In this document: positions 52,180-64,000 of the stretch, piece by piece
Layout of the letters: each line of letters begins with the position of its first letter
How positions within the stretch are numbered: the first letter of the stretch is position 1
Assembly: GCA_030390025.1 (NCBI GenBank)
Contig: CM059438.1
Span: 52,702,001-52,766,000, forward strand
Length of the DNA: 64,000 nucleotides
DNA from: Squalus acanthias
Taxonomy: Eukaryota
Direction: 5' to 3'
The notes under the pieces: model-generated
Told to the model about the DNA's origin: nothing
Seen by the model: only the letters and a program-made list of their open reading frames with translations
The model's database searches: none
Made by a program: the position numbers and the translations under genes

Positions 52180-53290
52180 CGAGCCCTACAGCAGCGGTCA
52201 CTTTAACAGCCCTGTGAGCCCTGCAGTGCGCGGTCCCTTTAACGGCCCTGCGAGCCCTACAGCGCGCGGTCCCTTTAACGGCCCTGCGAGCCCTACAGCT
52301 CGCGGTCCCTTTAACAGCCCAGTGAGCCCTACAGCGTGCGGTCCCTTTAATGGCCCTGCGAGCCCTGCAGCGCGCGGTCCCTTTAACGGCCCTGTGAGCC
52401 CTGCAGCGCGCGGTCCCTTTAACGGCCCTGTGAGCCCTACAGCGCGCAGTCCCTTTAACGGCCCTGTGAGCCCTGCAGCGCGCGGTCCCTTTAACGGCCC
52501 TGTGAGCCCTGCAGCGCGCGGTCCCTTTAACGGCCCTGTGAGCCCTGCAGCGCGCGGTCCCTTTAACGGCCCAGTGAGCCCTGCAGCGCGCGGTCCCTTT
52601 AACGGCCCAGTGAGCCCTGCAGCGCGCGGTCCCTTTAACGGCCCTGTGAGCCCTGCAGCGCGCGGTCCCTTTAACGGCCCTGTGAGCCCTGCAGCGCGCG
52701 GTCCCTTTAACGGCCCTGTGAGCCCTGCAGCGCGCGGTCCCTTTAACGGCCCTGTGAGCCCTGCAGCGCGCGGTCCCTTTAACGGCCCTGTGAGCCCTGC
52801 AGCGCGCGGTCCCTTTAACGGCCCTGTGAGCCCTGCAGCGCGCGGTCCCTTTAACGGCCCTGTGAGCCCTGCAGCGCGCGGTCCCTTTAACGGCCCTGTG
52901 AGCCCTGCAGCGCGCGGTCCCTTTAACGGCCCTGTGAGCCCTGCAGCGCGCGGTCCCTTTAACGGCCCTGTGAGCCCTGCAGCGCGCGGTCCCTTTAACG
53001 GCCCTGTGAGCCCTGCAGCGCGCGGTCCCTTTAACGGCCCTGTGAGCCCTGCAGCGCGCGGTCCCTTTAACGGCCCTGTGAGCCCTACAGCGCGCTGTCC
53101 CTTTAACGGCCCTGCGAGCCCTACAGCGCGCGGTCCCTTTAACGGCCCTGCGAGCCCTACAGCGCACGGTCCCTTTAACGGCCCTGTGAGCCCTGCAGCG
53201 CGCGGTCCCTTTAACGGCCCTGTGAGCACTACAGCGCGCGGTCCCTTTAACGGGCCTGCAAGCCCTGCAGTGCGCGCACCCTTTAACTGC
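52180..53290. repeat. 36-bp CpG-rich minisatellite (GAGCCCTGCAGCGCGCGGTCCCTTTAACGGCCCTGT), ~31 copies
   Basis: Tandem repetition seen directly; identical centre, diverged edges. Confidence 0.97.
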
Positions 53291-53339
53291 TCCTTTGGAC
53301 CCTTCTCCTAAGGTGGGGATGGAGGGCCCTTCCATGCTC

Positions 53340-53960
53340 ATCCCCTTGCTGTGTCCTACAGATAGCAATATTATGTAAGACACAGCAAGCTACAATGATT
53401 CTGAAGACTCTTGCGAGGCTGTGCTGCACGATTCCAGTAGATTTATCCAGGCACCTGAAACAAGACTTTAAATTGGATGCTCTATTAAAATTTTCATAGT
53501 CCCATTGGTCTCATTATATTTACTCTCTGCCTCTGTCTGTAGTTGCCTTCTTTGGCTCATACGCCATGATGGCAAGGGTTGTCCAATCAACCATCCTGAT
53601 ACATGCTTCTGAGTCATGAAGTTTGTTGGATGATAAAAACATCATAACAGCTTCCTGGGCTTTGGCAAATTAACTTCCTGAGTAATGGATGTTAACATGC
53701 GTGTTAAGGTGTTGCTATTTTACTGGCTGATTCAATGAGAGCCTTTTCTGTTAATGAAATTGAGGGGGTTGTTATGTGGGGCTTTTAACACCACATATGT
53801 TCTGTCAACTGCTCCCTACACCTGTGAGAACCCTGCTAATCGATAGAATTGGACTCTCTGCTGTGGATAAGGTACTACAGGTAGAACTCTTCTCCTAGTG
53901 GAAGTAGACTGCAGGTCTTCATCCAGCAGCTGGTCCAATTCCCCAGGGGCAAGAACAACC
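53340..53960 (-). pseudogene. Highly decayed Harbinger transposase relic
   Basis: RCLDKSTG...ARVFRIIVACCVLHNIAI at 53455-53360; LAGFSQV and DLQSTSTRRRVLPV further upstream. Confidence 0.6.
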
Positions 53961-54158
53961 TTCTGAAGCTTTGACAGGTAGTGTAATTGAAATGAGACCT
54001 TAAGATCTGGATTCTTCTCCAGGATCCCGATCGAAATCAGGTGGGTTAGTCGCGAATGGAAAATTTGGGTGGTAAGGCCTAATTGTATTTCCCTTTCCTG
54101 TCCCCACCAGGACCACCGCTGGCCATTTCTTCCCACCCACGATAAGCAAATATCAGCA

Positions 54159-55963
54159 GGGCCCGAGGCGATAGGGCCCGAGGAGATAGAGCCCGAGGCG
54201 ATAGGGCCCGCGGGAGATAGGGCCCGAGGGGATAGGGCCTGAGGGGTTGGGGCCCGGGGGGATAGAGCCCGCAGGGGATAGGGCCCGAGGGGATAGGGCC
54301 TGAGGGGTTGGGGCCCGGGGGGATAGAGCCCGCAGGGGATAGGGCCCGAGGGGATAAGGCCTGAGGGGTTAGGGCCCAGGGGGATAGAGCCCACAGGGGA
54401 TAGGGCCCGAGGTGATAGGGCCCGAGGGGGATAGAGCCCGAGGGTATAGAGCCCGAGGAGGATAGGGCCTGAGGGTCATAGGGCCCGAGGAGGATAGGGC
54501 CCGAGGGGACAGGGCCCGAGGGGATAAGGCCCGAAGGGATAGGGCCCACAGGGGATAGGGCCCACAGGGGATAGGGCCCACAGGGGATAGGGCCCGAGGG
54601 GATAGGGCCCGAGGGGATAGGGCCCGAGGAGATAGGGCCCGCAGGGGATAGGGCCCGAGGGGATAGGGCCCGCAGGGGATAGGGCCCGAGGGGATAGGGC
54701 CCGAGGGGATAGGGCTCGAGGGGATAGGGCCCGAGGGGATAGGGCTCGAGGGGATAGGGCCCGCAGGGGACAGAGCCCGAGGGGACAGGGCCCGAGGGGA
54801 TAGGGCCCAAGGGGGATAGGGTCCGAGGGGATAGGGTCCGAGGGGATAGGGCCCGAGGGGGATAGGGCCTGAGGGGATAGGGCCCGAGGGGGATAGGGCT
54901 CGAGGGGATAGGGCCCGAGGGGATAGGGCTCGAGGGGATAGGGCCCGAGGGGGATAGGGTCCGAGGGGATAGGGCCCGGTGGGATAGGGTCCGAGGGGAT
55001 AGGGTCCGAGGGGATAGGGTCCGAGGGGATAGGGCTCGAGGGGATAGGGCCCGAGGGGATAGGGTCCGAGGGGATAGGATCCGAGGGGATAGGACCCGAG
55101 GGGATAGGGTCTGAGGCGATAGGGCTCGAGGGGATAGGGTCCGAGGGGATAGGGCCCGAGGGGATAGGGCCCGAGGGGATAGGGTCCGAGGGGATAGGGC
55201 CCAAGGGGATAGGGCCCGAGGGGGATAGGGAACGAGGGGATAGGGCCCACGGGGGATAGGGCCTGAGGGGATAGGGCCCGAGGGGGATAGGGTCCGAGGG
55301 GATAGTGCCCGAGGGGATAGGGCTCGAGGGGATAGGGCCCGAGGGGATAGGGTCCGAGGGGATAGGGCCCACGGGGACAGGGCCCGAGGGGATAGGGCCC
55401 ACGGGGGATAGGGCCTGAGGGGATAGGGCCCGAGGGGGATAGGGTCCGAGGGGATAGGGCCCGAGGGGATAGGGTCTGAGGGGATAGGGTCCGAGGGGAT
55501 AGGGCCCGAGGGGATAGGGCTCGAGTGGATAGGGCTCGAGGGGATAGGGCCCGAGGGGATAGAGTCCGAGGGGATAGGGCCCGAGGGGATAGGGCTCGAG
55601 GGGATAGGGCCCGAGGGGATAGGGCCCGAGGGGATAGGGCCCGAGGTGATAGGGCCCGAGGGGATAGGGCCTGAGGGGGATAGGGCCCGAGGGGATAGGG
55701 TCCGAGGGGATAGGGCCCGAGGGGATAGGGCCCGAGGGGATAGGGCTCGAGGGGATAGGGCCCGAGGGGATAGGGCCCGAGGGGGATAGGGCCCGAGGGG
55801 ATAGGGCCCGAGGGGATAGGGCCTGAGGGGGATAGGGCCCGAGGGGATAGGGTCCGAGGGGATAGGGTTCAAGGGGATAGGGTCCGAGGGGATAGGGCCC
55901 GAGGGGATAGGGCCCGCGGGGATAGGGCCTGCAGGCGATAGGGCCCGAGGGGATAGGGCCCGA
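54159..55963. repeat. 15-bp minisatellite (GGGCCCGAGGGGATA), ~120 copies
   Basis: Tandem repetition with variant units seen directly. Confidence 0.97.
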
Positions 55964-56907
55964 GTCCCTGGCAGATTTTCCAGCCATCCACCCCTGCTAA
56001 TTTCACTGCCCGCGGCTGCCATATATAAGTTGGCAGAATACCACAGGAAGTGACGGTACTGGCCCTGACGTGCCCCGTGGAGAGAGGGCTTCATAGCATC
56101 TCCTCTCGCCACTTCATGCCTCAGCCGATCCATTCAATGCACCACTTCTTCCAATCTCTGGGGCACTTTTGCCCTTTTAATGTCCTTCCACCCCCTCTGG
56201 TGTTGGAGCAGGAGTCCTACCGAACTTCCCTCTTCTGCAGCAGTGGGTTCCCTCTTGGTGGTGGCGATCCTGCCCTGCATATCAAATGAGCCCCGACTCA
56301 GGAAAATGCAAGGTCCTCGTGGCAGGCAAAAGTTCCACTTCACTGCTGCTGGAAGCAGAGACTTGGCCTCTAGAACTGTAAACCTTGCGGAGTGGATATT
56401 GACGTGTAGGAGACAAACGTTTTCTGTGATGCCTTACTCTAAGTGCTTCCAATGCAGCCTCTTCTACATCCTCATCCTCCTGCTCTTAATAGCGCAGAAA
56501 TAGAGGGATCCCCATTGGGAAATTTATTTCCTCAGTCCAGAAATTTACTCACTAAACTGATTATAAGTGTTCAAAGAACTTCCAGAGCAAGAAGCAACCA
56601 AAGGTCACAGGGTAGGCAACATTTCTGCAAGCTTGAGTCAGAAATTGCAAAATGATCTCCTTTGTGGTAGGGTCCTCAGCGACACAATTGTGCTACTCTT
56701 ACTGCCACTTTTGGAGTGACGGTTCCCTGAGAGCTCAGGTTAGAGGTGGGAATTAGGGAAATCGGGGGGTGAGCATTGGCCTCACTCTCCCAACTCCATT
56801 TATATGTGGCAGGTGATCTTCCTAATAAGCCGCACTGCCTCATTTTACTTATTTTTGTGTTGTACTTGCATATTGTTCATTTAACACTCTAAGGCCTCCT
56901 CACAGGG

Positions 56908-57480
56908 TCATAGGAGCAGGAGGAGGCCATTCAGCCCTTCAAGGCTGTCTGCCATTCAATCAGATCATGGCTGATCTGTACTTGAGCTCCATTTATTCGC
57001 TTTTGATCCATATCCCTTGATTATCTTACCTAACCAAAATTTCAATTGACCCAGCATCCATAATCTTTTGGGGAGGGATTTCCAGATTTCCACTACCCTT
57101 TGTGTGAAAAGGTGCTTCTGATTTCACTCCTGAATGGCCTGGCTCTAATTTTAAGATTGTGCCCCCTTGTTCTGGATTCCCCATTCAAGGAAATGGTTTC
57201 TCTTTATCTACCCGATCAACTCCTTTTATTATTTTAAACACCTCGATAAGACCACCCCTCAACTTCTAAACTGAAGAGAATACGAGCCAAGTTTATGCAA
57301 ACTATCCTCATCATTTCACCCTTTAAGCCCTCGGATTATCCTGGGGAATCTGTGCTGTACGAAGCCCAATATATCCTTCCTGAGGTGCAGTGTCCAAAAC
57401 TAAACCCAGTGCTCCAGATGGGATTTGGCCAAAGCTCTGTACAACTGAAGCATAACTTTCTCCCCTTTGTATTCCAGCCC
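56908..57480 (-). mobile_element. CR1 3' relic
   Basis: RGLEYKGEKVMLQLYRAL; tail CATAGGAGCAGGAGGAGGCCATTCAGCCC. Confidence 0.75.
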
Positions 57481-57967
57481 CCTTGGGAGCAAGCATATTG
57501 CAGCAATTACCCTCCAGGGCAGGGGTGTCAAATGTAAGACCTGCAGACTAGGTCTTGCCCGCAGAACACTTTCATCTGGCCTGTGGTCTTCAGATCCTGC
57601 TGGCTGTCCTTCTCCACTGGTGAAATTTGAAATTGGGTGGGAAGCATTGATTGGCTGAACTTTCCCGCTCAGCATTGAAAGCTTTATGAATGAAGCACGG
57701 ATTCTCAATCACCTGCTGATGGAGTTTGAATGTGTGCAGAAAGCGCTGATTGTCTGAACTATCCCACTCGGCCATTGGAAGCCTTTTAAATTGGGTGTGC
57801 GGATTCTCAATTTCTCCTTCACCTGTAGTCCGTGGTTATAGGTTAGTCAGGCTTTTCCTCGCTGTTGCAGCATAGGCCATTTGCCAGGTATGTCAGTGTG
57901 TCTTAGATTGGATTTTAAAGATTTGGAGATTTTTTTAAAATTTGGGACATTTTCAGCATTTTGAAGG

Positions 57968-58613
57968 GATGTTGGCCTTTATTGGAAGGGGGTTGGAGTA
58001 TAAGAGTAAGGAAGTCTTGCTACAATTGTACAGGGCTCTGGTGAGACCACACCTGGAGTACTGTGCACAGTTTTGATCTCCTTATTGAAGGAAGGATATA
58101 CTTGCCTTAGAGGCGGTGCAACAAAGGTTCACTGGATTGATTCCTGGGATGAGAGGGCTGTCCTATGAGGAGAGATTGTGTAGAATGGGCCTATACTCTC
58201 TGGAGTTTAGAAGAATGAGAGGTGATCTCATTGAAACATACAAGATTCTGAGGGGGATTGACAGGGTAGATGCTGAGAGGTTGTTTGCCCTGGCTGGAGA
58301 GTCGAGAACTAGGGGGCATAGTCTCGGGATAAGGGGTCGGACTTTTAAGACTGAGATAAGGAGGAATTTCTTCACTCAGAGGGTTGTGAATCTTTGGAAT
58401 TCTCTGCCCCAGAGGGCTGTGGATGCTCAGTTGTTGAGTATATTCAAGGCTGAGATAGATAGATTTTTGGACTCCTTGGAATTAAGGGTTATGAGGATCA
58501 GGCAGGAAAGTGGAGTTGAGGTCGAAGATCAGCCATGATCTTATTGAATGGCAGAGCAGGCTCGAGGGGCCGTATGGCCTACTCCTGCTCCTAATTCTTA
58601 TGTTCTTATGTTC
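57968..58613 (+). mobile_element. CR1 3' fragment
   Basis: LYSLEFRRMRGDLIETYKIL; (TTCTTATG)n tail. Confidence 0.88.
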
Positions 58614-59662
58614 TTATTCTTTAATACCTTTGGTTAACAGAAACCTATCAATCTCAGATTTAAAATTAACAATTGATCTAGCATCAACTGCTGTTTGTAG
58701 AAGAGAGTTCCAAACTTCTACCACCCTTTGCGTGTAGAAGTGTTTCCTAACTTCACTTCTGAAAGGTCTGGCTCTAATTTTTATGCTATGTCCCCTAGTC
58801 CTAGATTCCCCAATTAGCGGAAATAGTTTCTCTCTATCTACCCTATCAGTTCCCCCTAATACCTTGAAAATGTTGATCAACTCACCTCTTAACCTTCTAA
58901 ATTCCAGGGAATACAATCCTAGTTTGTGTAATCTCTCCTCGTAATTTAACCCTTGGAGTCCAGATATTCTGATAAACCTGCGCTGCACTCTCTCCAAGAC
59001 CAATATATCTTTCCTAAGGTGTGGTGCCCAGAACTGCTCACAGTGCTCCAGGTGTGGTCTAACCAGGGCTTTGTACAGCTGCAGCATAACTTCTACCCCC
59101 TTGTATTCTAGTCCTCTAGATATAAAGCCCAGCATTCCATTAGCCTTTTTTGATTATTTTTTGTACCTGTTCATGACATTTTAATGATCTATGTACCTAG
59201 ACCCCCAAGTCTCTTTGGACCTCCACTTCTTCTAGCTTTTCACCATTCGAAAAGTACCCAGTTCTATCCTTTTTAGGTCCAAAGTGGATGATCTCACACT
59301 TAGCTACATTGAAATCCATTTGCCATAATTTTGCCCATTCGCTTAATCTATTAATATCTCTGTAATTTTAAGCTCAATCTACACTGCTTACAATGCCGCC
59401 TATCCTTGTGTCATCGTCAAACTTGGATATGTGACTCTCTATCCCATTATCTAAGTCGTTAATAAATACAGTGAATAGTTGAGGCCCCAACACAGATCCC
59501 TGTGGGATGTCACTAATCACATCCTGCCAATTAGAGTACCTGTCCATTATCCCTACTCTCTGTCTCCTGCCGCTCAGCCAATCTCCTAACTAGGTCAATA
59601 ATTTGCCCTCAATTCCATGAGCTTCAACTTTAGCTAACAGTCTCTTATAAGGGACTTTATCG
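58614..59662 (-). mobile_element. CR1 RT fragment
   Basis: FDKVPYKRLL, LYKALVRPHLE, RVVEVWNSL. Confidence 0.88.
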
Positions 59663-60690
59663 AACAAGGGCAAGAATGGGAACTTAACATTCCTGGCTAC
59701 AATAGGCCAGATTTTGCTGGAGCGTGGCATCTCGTGGCATGCCGTGTTAGTTAGATTTGTTCGTTTAGGCTTTAACATTTTTTGCCCAAAAGTTGCTGGA
59801 AATGTGAGCTGATAACAGCGCAGCGAGGACAACAGGGCATCTGGGACCTTAGTGAACAATGGGACAAACCATGTACAGTATCTCCTTAACCAATGAGACA
59901 CTAAATCGAGGAAAGACTGAGAAAGAGGGTGAATTAGAGTGGATTAATTCAATGTCAAATCAGGCACAGAAAGAGAAATAAAGAGAAAGAAAGATTGGAT
60001 TAAGGGAAAGAGAAGGAAGAGACAGATAAGTAAGATTTTATATTTTTTAATTCTCCTAAAAAAATTCACAACCCGAAGGAATGAGGAAACACATATAACT
60101 GTTCACTTTCTGGGCAAGAGAGGTTGATCGACAGTCATTAACAATTATGACTGAGGGAGTGTTAGGACTGCGGACAATGCTCATCTGCTTCAGGCGCATC
60201 TTACTGTGTTAGGAGATTGGGCTCATGACTGGCAAATGGTGTATAACTTGGATAAGTGCAGTGGGCAGGACGAATTCTCAACAGTCATACACCCTTCAGG
60301 GAAAAGCATTAAAGAAGGTGGAGATAGAAAGAGATTTTGGCATTCTAGTGCATACATCTCTAAAGGTACATGAGCAATGCTGTGAAGTGATAACTGGAGT
60401 GAATACGGTGTTGGGGTGTATCCATAGGACAATTGATTATAAGATGAGGCATAATATTTTGTCCTTGTACAAGACCTTGGTCAGGCCGCACTTGGAATAC
60501 TGTGTCCAGTTTTGGTCTCCTCACATGGTGGGTGATATTGAGGCTTTGGAAAGGGTGCAGACGAGGGCCACTAGACTAATTCCCAGTTTAAAGCATCTTA
60601 GTTGTCAAAATAGGCTAAAACAGTTGGGACTCTAAACTTTAGAGAAGTGTAGACTTAGAGGTGATCTGATTGAGGTTTATAAGATAATGA

Positions 60691-61510
60691 ACAACAACAA
60701 CAACAACTTGCATTTATATAGCACCTTCAACGTAGTAAAATGTCCCAAGGCGCTGCACAGGAGTATTGTAAGACAAAAAATCTGACACTGAGCCACATAA
60801 GGATAAATTAGGGCAGGTGACCAAAAGCTTTGTCAAAGAGGTAGGTTTTAAGGAGTGTCTTAAAGGAGGAAAGAGAGGTAGCGAGGCGGAGAGGTTTAGG
60901 GAGGGAATTCCAGAGCTTAGGGCCTAGGCAACAGAAGCACGGCCACCAAAGGTTGAGCGATTATAATCAGGGATTCTCAAGAGGGCAGAATTAGAGGAGC
61001 ACAGATATCTCGGAGGGGGTGGGGTGGGGTTGTGGGGCTGAAGGAGAGATTACAGAGATAGGAGGGGCGAGGCCATGGAGGGATTTGAAAACAAGGATGA
61101 GAATTTTGAAATTGAGGCGCTGCTTAACTGGGAGCCAATGTAGGTCAGCGAGCACAGGGGAGATGGGCTTGGTGCGAGTTAGGACACGGGCAGCTGAGTT
61201 TTGGATGACCTCAAGTTTACGGAGGGTAGAGAGTGAGAGGCCAGCCAGGAGTGCGTTGGAATAATCAAGTCTAAAGGTAACAAAGGCATGGATGAGGGTT
61301 TCAACAGCGGATGAGCTGAGACAAGGGCGGAGATGGGCGATGTTACGGAGGTGGAAGTAGGTGGTCTTTGTTATGCTGCGGATATGTGGCCGGAAGCTCA
61401 TTTCAGGGTCAAATATGACACCAAGGTTGCGAACAGTGTGGTTCAGCATCAGACAGATGTTAGGGAGAGGGATGGAGTCAGTGGCTAGGGAATGGAGTTT
61501 GTGGCGGGGA
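60691..61510 (-). mobile_element. L2 LINE 3' fragment
   Basis: VRNLGVIFDPEMSFRPHI...LDYSNALL...LHWLPV; (TTG)n tail. Confidence 0.9.
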
Positions 61511-61924
61511 CCAATAGATTGTGTTCCAGTTGATAGTTTGTTCCAATTAAATAGGTTAGGGAGGACCAGGGGTCACAAATTTAAGTTGTGTAAGGCCAGA
61601 TCATGGTTAGATGTCAGGAGGTGGTTCATTTCCCAGAGAATAGTGGAACTCGTGCGATGGACGTTGATTCGCTGAATTCCTTCAAATGAAAGCTGGACCT
61701 GTTTCTGGCTGGGGCAGAGATCACCTCTTACAGAAGGTAGGTACTGCAGGCAAGTCAGGGCCAGAGTGATCTCCTGGACTAGTTTCGATCGCCCAGATAG
61801 GTCGGAGAGGAATTTCCCAGATTTTTTTCCCCAAATTGGCCTGGGTTTTTATCTGTTTTTTTGCCTTTCCCAGGAGGTCACATGGTTTCAGATGGGGTGG
61901 AATGTATATATTGTGATACACAAG

Positions 61925-62738
61925 GGGCGCGATCGTGCCAGCCCTGGGGAGGCGGGTTTGGAGGCGGGACTGCCGGGAAAATGGCAGAATCTGGGGGCGG
62001 GTGCCCAACCCGCCCCCAACCCGCCTCCGTTCCATCTTGCCAGGAGGCGGGTAGCTGACCCGCACCGGGTCCTGTCTCCTTGGCGGCGGGAAGGGGATTA
62101 GTGCCACTAACAGGTAGTTAACAGGCAGATAAGAGGATTATCCCCATTTTACCCACACAAGTGCGGGCTTCCCGAAGGCTGCGAACCCCGCCAGGGTCAC
62201 TGAGGAAAGCAGTGGGTCTGTGGAGGTCGGAGGGGTCCAAAAGTGCACTGTGGAGGTAAGTGATGGGTGCAAGTGCGGAGAAGTGAGTATGTGAGGTAAG
62301 TGGAAAGTGTTAGTAAAAGTTTACTTACCTTTGTTTCTTCCTGAAGGCTTCAAGAGTTGGGTATGCGGAGAGTCTCGCACCTCCGCGGCAGAGATGACAG
62401 ATGGCTGTTGCATTCTCCAATGCAGCAACCATCTAATTCAGCTAAATAAAGAGGTTTGATGAGGTCTTGAATTCAAGAACTCATCAAACTACAGAGAATG
62501 TCAGTGTTTGACAGCTTCACAGAGCTGTCAAACGATGACAATTCAGATGAAACGTCATACGCTGATGTTCTCTGTAACCGGCTTTCCTTTAATTGGCCTG
62601 CTAAGCCCACTGGGCGGGCTTAACAAGGTCAATCAGGGGAAAATAGCGTGGGTTGGCCAGAAGTTGATGGAGGCGGGACTGAAACCCGACAGGTGGGAGT
62701 CCCGCCTCCAAAAGCTCCCCATTGGCAAAATCCAGCCC
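61925..62738. mobile_element. Non-autonomous Harbinger-type element
   Basis: GGGCGCGATCGTGCC ... GGCAAAATCCAGCCC, TSD AAG. Confidence 0.65.
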
Positions 62739-63083
62739 AAGGTATCACAATTGGGTGGGACAGGTTCGATGGATCAGAGGGTCTTTACCTGTCCGTCATT
62801 GTTCGTATGTCCGTTTGTTTGTAATTATCACATCTTTAAAAGGGTACTTACGCTATTAATTACTAGACTTCACTTTCTGTGGCGAGTTTAATGCAGCAAC
62901 TTCATGAAAATCACGGGGAGGTTAAGCGCGAGATGCCGTTTTCGCGAAGCTGATGGAGCAGCGCAAATCGGCCAGCAACTTGTGGCGATTTGCAATTCAC
63001 GGGGTATCTGTTCCTCGCTACAAGTTGCTGGTCGATTTGCAGATGAATAACGGTGTACATCGTTCAGGCCTCATTATTGGCCC

Positions 63084-63860
63084 AATGCATTCAAGAGGAA
63101 TAGGGAAGGAAAAAAAGCAGGTGGGTGGCAGTATTGATCAAAGGTATTGTTACAGCCCTGGAAAGGGATGATGTGCTTGACGGTTCAAAGACAGAATCTA
63201 TTTGGTTAGAGTTAAGGATCTGTTATGATGCTGGCTGTAGATTATTGACCACCAAATAGTGGGAAGGAAATAGAGCATCAAATTTGCAAGTAAATTCCAG
63301 AACGATGTAAAGTAATGATAAGGTGGTGACGTCAATTATCCTAATATAGATTGGGAAAAAACAGTGTAAAGGGCAAGGAGGGGAAGGAATTCCTGAAATG
63401 TGTACAAGAGAACTTTCTCGATCAGTGTGTTTCCAGCCCAACGAGGAAGGAAGCAGTGCTGGATCTAGTTCTGGGGAATGAAGTGGGACAAGTGGAGCAT
63501 GTTTCAGTGAGAGAGCATTTGGGAAACAGTGATCGCAATATCATTAGGTTTACAGTAGTTACAGAAAAGGACAAGGAAAAATCCATGGTGAAAATACTCA
63601 ACTAGAAGAGGGCTAATTTTATTGAGTTGAAAAGGGATCTGGCCCAGGTGGATTGGAATCAAAGATTGGCCGTAAAACAGTAAATGAGGAATGGGAGGTT
63701 TTCAAAGAGGAGATAGTTCGAATAAAGACTAAACACATTCCTATGAGGGGGAAATGAAGTGCATCGAAACCTAGAGCTCCCTGGATGACTAAAAAAATTG
63801 GGATTAAAATGAAACAGAAAAGGGAGGCTTCTGATAAATGTCAGGATCTTAATACAAAAA
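63084..63860 (+). mobile_element. CR1 endonuclease-region relic
   Basis: EFLKCVQENFLDQCVSSPTRKEAVLDLVL...HLGNSDRN. Confidence 0.8.
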
Positions 63861-63865
63861 TGAGA

Positions 63866-63945
63866 AGTCGCACAACACCAGGTTATAGTCCAACAGATTT
63901 ATTTAAAATTACAAGCTTTCGGAGCTGTCGCTCCTTCCTCAGGTA
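63866..63945. mobile_element. Probable Penelope-type terminal fragment
   Basis: AACACCAGGTTATAGTCCAACAGATTTATT...AAGCTTTCGGAGC..CTCCTTCCTCAGGT motif recalled from elasmobranch Penelope-like repeats. Confidence 0.4.
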
Positions 63946-64000
63946 GAGTAGCTGTGAGAGAATCTCCCAGAATTCACAATATAAACACAGAAAAAATGTA

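Larger units (their letters stand above)
60150..62822 (+). mobile_element. CR1 3' fragment (split by L2 and a MITE)
   Basis: LYKTLVRPHLEYCVQFWSP; resumes at ~61515 (RTRGHKFKL); AATTAT at both junctions. Confidence 0.75.
59704..63083. mobile_element. Non-autonomous Harbinger-type element expanded by nested insertions
   Basis: AGGCCAGATTTT ... CATTATTGGCCC, TSD AAT, splits a CR1 endonuclease relic (WELNIPGYN|..FKRNREGKK). Confidence 0.7.

Noticed and set aside
52180..53290. CRISPR-like 36-bp repeats
   Set aside because: Units are directly adjacent with no unique spacers, there are no cas genes, and the context is vertebrate
51893..53383. 496-aa Arg/Cys-rich protamine-like ORF and overlapping repeat ORFs
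   Set aside because: Translations of the 36-bp tandem repeat
54079..56133. GPIPS/RALSP/GPYPL repeat ORFs
   Set aside because: Translations of the 15-bp tandem repeat

Overview
Repeat-rich vertebrate DNA, most likely from a cartilaginous fish (shark/ray). This is inferred from the CR1/L2/RTE/Tx1 LINEs, DeuSINE, Penelope relics and Harbinger MITEs. One host gene is clear: a divergent PPM1K-like (PP2Cm) phosphatase on the minus strand, with six coding exons at 34296-27334 and a probable non-coding exon 1 in a CpG island near 48.4-48.5 kb. Its mitochondrial-presequence-like N-terminus is 1 nt out of frame with the phosphatase (uORF stop overlaps a downstream ATG as ATGA). Upstream lie an unprocessed ferritin pseudogene fragment and three GC-rich minisatellites. 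A 10-kb two-gene Harbinger transposon carries nested RTE, L2, solo-LTR and CR1 insertions. The most unusual object is a ~3.2-kb CR1-superfamily LINE (35385-38561, minus). It starts with a tRNA-derived Pol III A/B-box head plus a SINE core, has no ORF1, and its sense strand is almost free of TTTT Pol III terminators. Its internally deleted SINE derivative is in the same window. It is a candidate Pol III-transcribed autonomous retrotransposon. All coordinates were read by eye, and relic boundaries are approximate.
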